Origin: a virus
Lineage: Duplodnaviria; Caudoviricetes
Reading direction: 5' to 3' (one strand)
Virus record (IMG/VR): IMGVR_UViG_3300028888_000055
DNA length: 64,000 nt
Made by a program: the position numbers and the translations under genes. A model generated the notes under the pieces. It was not told the origin of the DNA. It made no database searches and worked only from the letters and a program-made list of their open reading frames with translations. Shown one piece after another: positions 41,991 through 52,852 of the stretch (the stretch's first letter is position 1; each line of letters opens with the position of its first letter).

Positions 41991-42856
41991 CTATCTATAA
42001 TCTTTTTACAATTTAAATATTTTAATAATTCTTCAACATCGTAATTATTATTTCTAATCCAATAATTACTTACCACAAAGTTATCTTCTTTTTTAAGATG
42101 TCTAACTACTTTCTCATGGTCAGTAATACTTCTCCCATATCCAAAAGTCCATCCATGATCTTTAATAAATGAATTTGTTTCAATCCATCTAAATCCTATT
42201 CTTCTTAACATGGAAGGATGGGTTATGGGAAAACAAATCTTTAAAAGATCGAGTCTTTGGCCATAGTTTTTAAGGTTAACTGTAGGAAAAGCTTCTTCGT
42301 CACCATATTCTGCTGATACAAAAGCTAAATCAAGTTTCACTTGAATACCATTAGCTTCTATGATATTTATTGCAGTTAACATTGTTACTCCTGCTTTAAT
42401 AAAAAAGTCAGGATTCTCCCCACAATTACCTGAATTAGTATAAACAATATGCATAGTTTTTTGTTTCTGTGGTATTTTATGCACATTAATCATACTATTA
42501 GGAATATTTTGTATTGCATTTGGAACATGTGGAATATATCCTACAATATCTGAATGAGGAGCATTTTTATTAACAACTTGAAATTTATTATACTTCTTAG
42601 CAGTTACTTTCATTTGATGTTTAATCTTATCAAGGTGCTCTTTATAACCAAAAGTTAGTAACTTTTTAGCTTCATTGTAGTCAGAAGTACAGTACCATCC
42701 AGCATCTTCTATACTTTCACTGCTTAAAGTATGATTTTTAAATACCTGATTAGGTTTTCTACAATCTAAAGTTTTAAGTAAGTTATTTACACTTGGAAAT
42801 TCTTCAGTATATACATTCATAGTAATAATATTAATCTCTATATCTGGCATCGCCAT
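41987..42856 (-). CDS. VWA-like partner of the MoxR ATPase (start may be 42820)
   Basis: VGYIPHVPNAI..P.SM..HPSMLRRIGF..GYGR; ATGA-coupled to the ATPase. Confidence 0.7.
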   Translation of the reverse strand: MAMPDIEINIITMNVYTEEFPSVNNLLKTLDCRKPNQVFKNHTLSSESIEDAGWYCTSDYNEAKKLLTFGYKEHLDKIKHQMKVTAKKYNKFQVVNKNAPHSDIVGYIPHVPNAIQNIPNSMINVHKIPQKQKTMHIVYTNSGNCGENPDFFIKAGVTMLTAINIIEANGIQVKLDLAFVSAEYGDEEAFPTVNLKNYGQRLDLLKICFPITHPSMLRRIGFRWIETNSFIKDHGWTFGYGRSITDHEKVVRHLKKEDNFVVSNYWIRNNNYDVEELLKYLNCKKIIDR

Positions 42857-43124
42857 GATTTATAATACCTAAGCCAGACACATCATTATTAATTTCTTTT
42901 GCCTTAGGTTTTTCTTCATACTCAATAGTGCACAAGGTTTGAGCTACTTTATATAAATCTTCTAGCTCTTTTAGTTTCTTTTCTTCTGTAAAGATAGTTT
43001 GTCTTAATTTCCAAATACTATCTTGCAAGGCTTTAATAGAAGTATTTAATTGGATGACATACTCCTCAAACTTTTCCCCAGTCATCATGGGATAATTAGA
43101 TGTAACTTTCTTTATCTTCATCAT
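42831..43124 (-). CDS. Hypothetical coiled-coil protein
   Basis: ORF in operon. Confidence 0.55.
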   Translation of the reverse strand: MMKIKKVTSNYPMMTGEKFEEYVIQLNTSIKALQDSIWKLRQTIFTEEKKLKELEDLYKVAQTLCTIEYEEKPKAKEINNDVSGLGIINHGDARYRD

Positions 43125-43327
43125 ATTATTGCTTTATATCCACATCTACTGCATTTATACTTATATATATAATGATATCTATCTTTCATTCCAGTAGCAT
43201 GTGGACGTAGAATTTTACCACACTTAGGACATCTTATAGATGCCCGTTTATTTCTCCAATGTACGGTCCAATAAACAAGTAACCCTAGTAAGGACCATCC
43301 TACTAGGGCTAATATTAAATTTTCCAT
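43121..43327 (-). CDS. Membrane-anchored Zn-ribbon protein
   Basis: N-terminal TM helix; CPKC..CSRC. Confidence 0.65.
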   Translation of the reverse strand: MENLILALVGWSLLGLLVYWTVHWRNKRASIRCPKCGKILRPHATGMKDRYHYIYKYKCSRCGYKAII

Positions 43328-43339
43328 TATTTATATAAT

Positions 43340-44269
43340 TTACTCTCCAAAAGCTACTTTATATGCTTTGTCTAAAAGTTCTCTAGATAATGTGCTACCA
43401 GTTTCACTTTGAGCCATAGCATCAACAAATGAGCATAATGTCCATTTATCATCAGTATTAATGATAGCATTAGGATCAATGCCTAATTGTTTACATTTAT
43501 TAGTAACATAAATTAACCTCAAAGCAGTTAATCCAATAGGTTCATTCCTTCTATAATATTCCTGCATTCCATTATTCATCTGAGGAAAACTCCTATTTCC
43601 ATATCGTTCTCTATAAAGACGCATAGTAGATGCTACTCCATTAACTATATTATCAAATTTTCCAGCTTTCTAACCATCTCCCATTTTTTGTAATCCAACA
43701 GCCCCGACAGCATATTCACTTGGAACTGAAATATTACATGGATTATTATTTTCTCCACCTTTAGCTTTTAATACTGTCTTCTAAGAATAAGGAACTCTAT
43801 CAAACGTTATTACCTTTCCTGTAGTATCATTTAAAAGATCCTCAAACTACTAATAATTAATTATAGGACGGGTAGTAATTCTTCGTGCATCGTACGTTTT
43901 TACTCCTTTATAAGGAGTAGTGTTAGCATATGGATATTTACCCTCTGCCAATTTCTTATCAGTACGCCCTCCCTTAAAATCATATTTTCTAATACCTACT
44001 GGATTAGACTTATATGGCGGTTCCTTTTTAATTAATTTACTCTTTTTAGTAGAATTATTAGGAACAAGAGGTTTAAAATTATTAGTAATATAATCAAGTG
44101 GCGTCATAAGCCATTGGCTTGTGTCAAGATAATTAGGATCAATATTAAGAACCTTTAATAAATCAGAATTAACAGATTTGAGGTCACTAGATTTATTTTG
44201 CTACTATGTAGACACATTATTTTGTGTTATTGTCTACTTCTATTGTGTTGTTTTCTATTTTTTAGCCAT
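43340..44269 (-). CDS. TAG-recoded virion protein with NNP(G/C)NI lysozyme-like domain, paralog 1 (309 aa)
   Basis: ATG at 44269 with five TAGs in the first 23 codons; joins track ORFs 43850 and 43340; ENNNPCNI..FDNIVNGVAS..MAQSETG. Confidence 0.82.
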
Positions 44270-44271
44270 AA

Positions 44272-45240
44272 TTATCCTCCAAATGCTATTTTATATGCTC
44301 TATCTAAGAGCTCTCTAGATAAAGTACTTCCTGTTTCGTGTTTGGCTGTAGCAGCTACAAATGAACATAAAGTCCATTTATCGTCGGTATTAAGTTTATC
44401 AGATGGAGAAATTCCTAAACGTTTACAGTACTTAGTAACTGAATGTAATCTTAAAGCACTAAGATTAATAGATTCCCCCCTATGGTAATGACTTTGCATA
44501 CCATCGTTCATCTAAACTACATTCTTTTTACCATATACTCTTCTATACAAGCGCATAGCAGAAGCTAATCCGTGTTCTACACTATCATATACAGCGGCTT
44601 TTTGTCCATCAGCCATTTTAGCTTTTCCAACATATCCAATAGAATCTGTGGGATTAGATATATTACAGGGATTATTATTTCTACCTCCAGCAGTCTTTTT
44701 ATTTATAAATGTTTTAGCATTATTAGGAACTAAATCAAGAGTCTTATAATTAGTACTAGTATCTTTTAATAATTGTTCATACTAATCGTAATCTATTATT
44801 GGACGCGTGGTAACTTTTCTCATATCATAAGTTTTAATTCCCTTATATGGAGTAGTGTTTGCATATGGGTATTTACCTTCAGCTAACTTTTTACCAGAAA
44901 TGCCTGTACCTCCTGAAGGAAGAGGAGTACTTCCACCGCTAGAAGTATTATTACTTGTATTTTGTGGCTCTACTTGACTCTATGTATTTAGACTTACGTC
45001 AGTACTAGAACCAGCGCCAGCGGTAGGTGCGGCAGCACCAAGAGCTAAACTAGAAAGATCTATAGGATTACCTTTAAGTCTATTAAATAAATCTGAAATA
45101 TTAGTATACTAAAAATTTCCTCGTATAGGAGAACCTATAGAATCATTCTGTAAATCCGATTCATCATCTAGGTCAAGCCCCCAAGAACTGGGGGGATTCC
45201 AAAACATACCGTATTGTGCTTTTCTTATAAGTTTCGTCAT
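44272..45240 (-). CDS. TAG-recoded virion protein with NNP(G/C)NI lysozyme-like domain, paralog 2 (322 aa)
   Basis: ATG at 45240 (MTKLIRKAQYG); RNNNPCNI..YDSVEHGLAS..TAKHETG; C-terminal ~200 aa highly similar to paralog 1. Confidence 0.82.
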
Positions 45241-45261
45241 AATTTAATCGATTAAAAATAG

Positions 45262-45325
45262 AACCTCTTGAAGGATTCGAACCTTCATTTCTATATCTAG
45301 TGTACTGCCTTTGTACTAAAGAGGC
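45262..45325 (-). ncRNA. tRNA-like RNA with truncated anticodon arm
   Basis: GCCTCTT-TA-GTAC AAAGGCA GTAC-A-CTA GATA TAG-AAAT-GAAGG TTCGAAT CCTTC-AAGAGGT-T. Acceptor, D and T arms are intact, but the anticodon arm is 10 nt instead of 17. Confidence 0.75.
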
Positions 45326-45358
45326 ACCTTATATGCTTCAGGTTTTTATTTATGCTGA

Positions 45359-45535
45359 TTACTCAGCAACTACTGTAGAGTCAACAGAAACTGAATCAGC
45401 TACAACTTCTTCTACCATAGTAGAATCAGTATTAAGAGAATCAATGTTGCTCTTATTGCTGGTAGTACCTTCAGTGTGGCAAGAAGCACAAGCCATTGCT
45501 ACAGCAGCAATCATAATAAACATAAATTTCTTCAT
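45359..45535 (-). CDS. Small Bacteroidetes-type lipoprotein (58 aa), missed by the ORF track
   Basis: MKKFMFIMIAAVAMACASC lipobox, then DSL, DST, DSV and DST. Confidence 0.8.
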   Translation of the reverse strand: MKKFMFIMIAAVAMACASCHTEGTTSNKSNIDSLNTDSTMVEEVVADSVSVDSTVVAE

Positions 45536-45566
45536 AAATTAAAAATTTAAAAAATTAAACAAAAAT

Positions 45567-45980
45567 TTAGCACATAAAATGCTTTATCTTATATATGGCA
45601 CGTTTAAATAATCTAATTATGTATTTATATACATATACGACTGCAAATTTAAGTCTATTTTTTTTATAAACCAAATATTGCACCTTGGAATTTCCACCTG
45701 GAAGAACATTATATCCATTAGGAATCATAGTATCAAACTCCTCAATATACTGTTTTTCAAAGAAATCCAATGCTTTATGAACATCCTTATATGCTCCAGA
45801 TATTCGTTCGAGTACGGTATACTTAAAATTAAATATACCGTACCTACGAATAGCTTTATCAATGCGTTGTTTGTTATTAGTCAAATGTTCTTTGAATCTT
45901 TCTTTTTCTCGAACAGTTTGACCAATATACTTTTTACCATTAATATTATTAGTAAAACAGTATATAACACCTTCAATCAT
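45567..45980 (-). CDS. GIY-YIG endonuclease
   Basis: GVIYCFTN..KKYIGQT..RFKEH..EKQYI..NGYN. Confidence 0.88.
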   Translation of the reverse strand: MIEGVIYCFTNNINGKKYIGQTVREKERFKEHLTNNKQRIDKAIRRYGIFNFKYTVLERISGAYKDVHKALDFFEKQYIEEFDTMIPNGYNVLPGGNSKVQYLVYKKNRLKFAVVYVYKYIIRLFKRAIYKIKHFMC

Positions 45981-48900
45981 GATTTTCTTCTAGTTTTCTT
46001 TGCTCGCTTCTCTCTTCGTTGAATTTCACGAATCAATTTGTTATTTAAAATACGAACAGCATTATATACTTTCTTATAGTTATTGTAAAACTCAGAATCT
46101 CTAAGTCTAAGTCCTACACTCATTAGCTCATTATTACCTGCTTTATATAATTCAGCTTGAGCCTGTTTTAAATTAAAATCATCAATCATTTTCTTCTTCT
46201 TCTAATTGATACTCATCTCCCCATTCTGAATCATCTGGAATATCAATATCTTTATCAAATACTTCTTTCCAGGCAGCCTTAACTGTGTCTCTATTAGAAT
46301 TGGGACTGTGAAATACTACTCCTCCTCTAAATTGATTTTCTTCACGAAGACCAAATCTATAAAAGTGTTTGGCTTTATCTATATAATCTTCAATAGTGTT
46401 ATATGCTTCGTCAAGAATCTTATCGTCTTTTATTATTTCTTTTAAGGCATCTTTTAAAGAAGGCAAATGTTTATAATTTCTACTATAAAAACCATTATCA
46501 TCCTTTTCATATACTTCAGTTATGCAAGCATTATCTACATTATTTATATATCGCGATAATGCATCTATATGGTCTTCCCACACTGTACTAATATTAAATG
46601 CATAACAGAAGTTATCTACAATCATAGTTTGAAATTCTGCAGGACAATAATAAAAGTCTAAGGGATATAGATATTTCTTACCGTCTTTACCTGTCAAATA
46701 GAAAGCATCATTAGCTTTATCCCCTTTATGCTCTTCCCGTAATTGCTTACATTTAGGAATAATATCTTTCATGAAGTCTACCTCTGGATAACTCATATTA
46801 TATAATAATGCTATAGTATCATCCACGAGATTAGCTATGACTTCAGTTTTATTTTTATATTTAAAAATATATTTCATATTAACTATTTTTTAATGTTTCA
46901 TATTCTTTTTTCACATTAGGCATTTCAAGGGATATATCTTCAAAGAGTTTTATTTTTCTCTGTAAGAATGCTAATCGAATATCTTTGTTCATTTGGCGTC
47001 TTTTATCTTCTAAAGAGATAATTTCATCATAAGTAAACATTCCATATTCTACGCATAATTTACCGAATGGAGTTAAAGACTTAGACTCTTCATTGTATAA
47101 CCCATATGACCTATTTTCCAAGATTGCTTTTGAACGAGGGCTATAAAATAATTCTCCACTCTCATCTTCGGCAATAAACATTATGAGATAATCCTTTTTA
47201 TCTCCCTGACTTACGAATAAAACATATCCATTTAGATCAACTGGTTCAGATAAATCAACAAATTTATCAACTTTCCAGCCGTCTAAGTCATTTAATTCTT
47301 TCATTTTAATTCAGCATTTAAAGCATCTTTAATTTTTTGACAATTTTCACTGTCCTTTCCTCCAATATGCCAGATTATATTTGCGGTCTTCTTTATCTTA
47401 CGATATTCTTTCCAATCGTAAATATAACCTTTAATACCATCAATAGTTTCTACTGCCCATTCATATTGGGTTTTGGCATCACTGTCTTCCTCTACATAAG
47501 TAGGAGGACCTAGTAACTTCTTTAGTTTACTATAAGAGGTATTTATAGTATAACCGTGGAAACTAGTTCCAACTGGTTGTTCAGTACATATTTTAATTTG
47601 TTTCATAATTTAAAACAGATCTTCTAATTCTTTGGGAACTTCTGGAGCATGGTAAAGTTCCCAGCCTAGCCAGGCATAGCCTGCTATCCATATAACTAAT
47701 ACTATTATTGCGCCCATATTCCAAAATGTGTATCAATTGCATTTTCGCATACAAAATCTTCTTTAGATTCTTTAAAAAACAAAAGAGCAAACTCAAGTAA
47801 ATTATTCACACGAAATGTAACAAGTTCGTCGTGCTTATCATTAAAGGCTATAACAGCGCGTTCAGATTTATCATCATTTTTCCATCTTATAGAAACTTCT
47901 ACAAAATCAGGAACTTCTCCAAATTTTGAAATAATTTCATTATACTTAGAAGAAAGAAAATGATATACTTTGTTGATGTTATCCAAACACATATCCAAAC
48001 CTGAGTCTTTTGCTTCTGCTAATTCTCCTTCTATAAAGATAATACTGACAGTATACTCATATTCAGAATCAACACTTTCAATAGAATATCCATTAGCAAG
48101 AACTATCGTATTATACTCTTTGTCTATTTGTTCAAATAATTGACCTTCACTGTTAACTAATTCTTTAGCTTTCATTAAAGCACTGTCTCGATCAGCAAAA
48201 GCTTTAGGATAAAAGGCGTGTTCCATTTCATCTGGATACTTCCAGGACTCTTCAACAATATAAAGCATATTAATTTTCTATTAGGTGTAATAGTTTATCA
48301 ATGTCTGAAAACGTTTGAACATCCATAGAAGCAATACTCTCACCTCTATCATTGTCAACATGCACATTCCAGGATTTACCTGGAGTATTACTAAAGGAGC
48401 ATAACTCCAGTTTATAGTCTCTTGTTTTTCTTACCCAGAAACAATTTTCATCGGGAACTGGTAAATAGTCAAGTATTTGTTCCCAGCCTTCTTCTTTTAA
48501 ACGTTCAACTGTTATAACATCTTCTCCTTTTACTTCATTCACAAAACGAGATACAAGACGCATACAAGCCTTTAAATACTTAAGTTTATACTCTTCATAA
48601 TTATTTTTTAGATAAGGAACAGGCATAGGATAATTATCAACTAACCATTTAGAAGCTATATCTAACATCCATTCTGCTCCTTTAATAAAAGATTTTTCAC
48701 AGTCTTTAGTTTCAAAGAGAGGAGGACATACTCCGCCAGACTCCTCTCCTATCTTATCTTCTAATTGCTCGCTGTATAGTCGAGCTTCAGTTTCAATTTT
48801 ATTCATCCTTAATATCTTTTGAAGAGATAAGTACTAATTCATCTACACCCCAATAATCCCGACGGATTTGACATCTAGCTTCATTTTCATTTTCGGCATC

Positions 48901-51282
48901 AACCCAAACATTATCACCATCTTCGTCTCCGTTCTGATATATTCTAAAATAAAATCTTTTCATATAGCATAATTTATTGTTATTTTAACTACTTTGTCTT
49001 TTAAAGTACACATACTAAATAATAATTTGTACCAATGTCCATCTAATTCGCTTCCTTTAGACACATAGTCAAAATTATGATGAAATTCTTTACTCATCTC
49101 TCTTTTGAATTCTTCTCCCATATTAAAAAAAACTATGTCAACTATACCTTTTCTTTTACTTGGGCTTAAGGAGTTCCAAAGTTTCTTAGTAATCATTATT
49201 CTTCAGTTATTTCATACCATTCTACATCGTCATTTTCTAATCCCCAGAAATTTATTAGAAATTCTTGAGATACAGGCAGAGGAGAAGAGTAAGATGGCTC
49301 ACAGATATGATCATCTCCTATTTCCTTTATTCTTGCTTTATATTTAAACATATTATTCTTGTTTATTTTCTAGAATTTCTTTTAATACTATTTCTGATTT
49401 ACCATCTACAGTACTAGTAACTGTAAATTTAAACTTATCGCTCTTAGTAAATTTTACGCCATTTTTATAAGCAATATATACTGGCATATCACCAAGTTGT
49501 GCTATATTCTTTGCTAAGAACTCTATCAATTCACATGCTGTCATAGCTTTTACTTTCTTACAACATTGTATACCCAACCAACATCGTCGAAGTCAACATA
49601 TAGTTGTGAAGTACCGTCTCGAGCAATACGAAGACGAATCATTCCCTTGTCATAATCCTGGTCAAGAACATAATATCCTTGTTGCTGACCACCCTCCGCA
49701 TCATTATATGTTCCAGCATTTCCATAAATACCATATACTTGTGTTCTATTGCTATAAATGATAATAAAATCATCATCTATTTTAAATTCAATGTTAACAT
49801 TACATTTCTGGAAATTTGACCAGCCTTGTGAATTGTTTCTATTATAGTTATTCTTATACTTAACAGCATAACTATAACCTGTAAACCAAATACTTTCTGC
49901 TCCTACAGTTAGTGTTACTAAACTAACTATTAGTATTGTTAAAAATCTTTTCATATTTAAATTAAATTTTCAAGTGTCCATTGTAAAGCTTGTTCAGAAG
50001 CATCATCATATGTTTTTGCTTCACCACTCTTTTCAGGAAAATAATAAGTAGCACTACCACCCCAACGACCAGGTTGTTTCTTATTTACAATCCAAGCCCA
50101 AGGCATTTCTTCAGAATGATTATTTTTAACACATACGATATGAATACCAAATTTACTCAAAATACGCTCTTCGGCTTGACTATGTCCCCATCTTGCACCT
50201 TCTTTAAAATTATCGGCAAATGTTAATTGCATATCCTTATCATCTGTTTTCATTTGCCCGTAATTTTCAGCTGCTTTATCTAACTTTTTTTGTATCATAA
50301 TTCAATCTTCTTTTAATATTAAATCATATTTTATATCCAGTTTGGCTGCAAGTTCTTTAACAGATTGAATAAAAACTTCATTTTTATTTTCAAGATTGAA
50401 ATAATATTCATATCTACCTTCAGGTAAATTTATAGCTTCTTCCCAGAGTTTGGCAAGTCTTTCACGTTCTTCTGCAGAAAGATCATCGTAATTTGCATAA
50501 TCAGAATGTCTCATACCTTCGGCTTGTTCTAAACAATATTCCGAAACTCTGTCAGGTTCTAGTGTAGCAATTCCACTAAATACCCCGTCATTCCAATTCC
50601 ATGTATCACCATCTATATACAAATAATTATTCTTAATCATCGACTTCTCTTATATTCTGTTTACACCATTCACCAAAGTCTTTGGCAATCTGTTCTAACT
50701 CGTCAATACTCCTTTCGGGAAACTGTAGATTTAAATCAATCCTTTCATCACTATTTCTTCCAAACATTACAACAGGTTCAAAAGATAACCAACTATCACT
50801 ATCTGGAATTCTATCTCTAAATTCATAGAGGGACCAAGGCCTAAAAAACAGCTGATTTAATACTAACCTATCTCCATACTCGTCTGTAGTTTCATCTATT
50901 ACTTTATAATAATAATAGAATAAACCACTATAATTAGGTTTATATAAATCTTTCATTTTGAAATTCCTATGATACCCTCTCTTATAGAGTTCTTTACTTA
51001 CTTTGAGGAATTCTTTCTTTGTCATAGCTTACCTTGTTCTAAAAGTTCGTATTGTGGATATTTTGTACTTACTTCTTGTTTTTTTAATCTAAGTTTTAAA
51101 GAATCAAGTGCTTCTTCTGGACTACAAAACCTTTCTACAAAGAATATATCGAAAGTAGTACCCTTAGTATGAGGTTTAAAGCCTTTCCACGTATTCCACC
51201 AATGTTCTTTATACATTGGTATATACATTGGTGCTCTTAGACTATCGGGCTCATAGTTTACTTTAATTATTCTGTATTTCAT
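45977..51282 (-). CDS. Tightly packed array of small standard-code hypothetical genes (45977-46189, 46182-46877, 46879-47304, 47301-47606, 47705-48268, 48270-48806, 48960-49196, 49353-49577, 49550-49954 secreted, 49957-50298, 50302-50640, 50633-51025, 51022-51282)
   Basis: Co-directional ATG ORFs, many with start/stop overlaps and TAA/TGA stops. 49550-49954 has a signal peptide. Confidence 0.65.
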
Positions 51283-52680
51283 TTCTCAATCTTTTGTTTT
51301 TCAAGCCAATCAAGAATATCTTGTGCCTCAACATCTCCCCATTCAAATTTCGCTACCGCCTTAATAAGACCAATTCTATCCTTTTCATTTTTCTCACCCT
51401 CACTCTCTTTGAGTTCAGGGAAAAGGTCTTCAAGGACATTATTTATACAATATTTCCCGTACATTTTCTTGGCCTTCTTAAGAGCCTCTTTATATTTCTT
51501 TTCGTAGTCCATATCTCACTCTTCTTTCTGCTTTTCAAGCCAAGTAAGTGCTTCTTCTCTTGTTACATCAGTACCAAACAGTTTACTACCCTCAATAATT
51601 CCTGAAACTGCTGTAATGAGACCTTTCCTTACCCTCTCGTCCTCTGACTCCGTAAGTTCGGGAAAATAGTGCTCAGCATCTTCTTTTGTTGCTCCATGTA
51701 ATCCATCATAGAGACTTCGCATCCATTCCAATGCTTCTTTATATTTTCTTTCGTAATCCATATCTCAAGCTCCTTTCTCTTTAAAAAATACGCACCAACC
51801 ACCTCTGGGCCGTAACAATTCTTGGATGGTTTCCTTGCTCAATCTTCTTTAGTTCTTTCTTCTCGCTATCCCATTCGCAACCTGCCTCTTTCATCTTTGA
51901 AAAAAGTAAGTCACGTTGTTCTTTGGTTGCTGGCTTTATTCCATTTTTTAATGTCCAATGGGAACCCATACCTGTTATAAACTTGTCACTAGAGTTAATT
52001 CCACAATAAGCGGTTGGGTTATCATATTGTACATCAAATTCACCAGTAAAAATAAATGGACGATTATCTTTACTGACAAGCACATCGCCGTCCATTGCGT
52101 CAGCGATAGTCCAAAGATGATAATTTTCATCAACAAATGAGACCGATATTGCGCTGCCGTCGGTAAAAACATACATACCATCTCTTATTGAAGCAATCTG
52201 CATAGGAAAACATACATCGTTAAGAATCCAATCACGGACCTTAAACTTAGGTGTATCAGCCTGTTTCTGCTCATCATGTTTTTCTTTCCAAGCAAGATAT
52301 TTCTTCATATCTTCCATCATCTTATCAGGTGTAACAATGTCACCATTTAATGTGAAACTGAAACCCATATCAATGAGTTCCTGCTTTGTGTAGTAATCTT
52401 TCTTCTCTCCTTGCTTTTCAAGCCAATGAAGAATGTCTTTTGCAAAAGCATATATATCATAACCTCTATTCGGAAGATTAAAATCATATGCTTTTGCTTG
52501 TTTTTCAATGTATTGCATAAATTTATGCACATCTTTATCACTGAATGATTTCAAAGCATATTCTTCTTTGCCTTGCTTCTCAAGCCAAGCAAGCCAATCA
52601 CCCTTAAATCCACCTCTGCTTTTAACGAAATCAATAATCTCTTTTCTTATCCTCTCATCCTCTGTGCAAATCTTTTTCAT
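51279..52680 (-). CDS. Three genes sharing a repeated 'YKEAL..FPEL.ESEDERIRK..WLEKQ' module (51279-51512, 51516-51761, 51781-52680)
   Basis: Direct protein repeats: MDYEKKYKEAL / MDYERKYKEAL, FPELKESE / FPELTESE, and four WLEKQ copies. Confidence 0.8.
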
Positions 52681-52852
52681 ATTTTTATAAAAATAGTATA
52701 AACATTTCTTTTAATTCTAAAGTTTATTGTTCTCATATTTTTATGATAATTTTCAATCTTACCATCATTTAAAGGATAAATAGGGATTTTAGAAATATAA
52801 ATACCTATTGGAAATTTATATCTGTTTCTTTTACCTTTCATGTATTTTATCT

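Noticed and set aside
45300-45542. + strand 80-aa ORF
   Set aside because: Antisense to a clear minus-strand lipoprotein (45359-45535) and the tRNA-like element.
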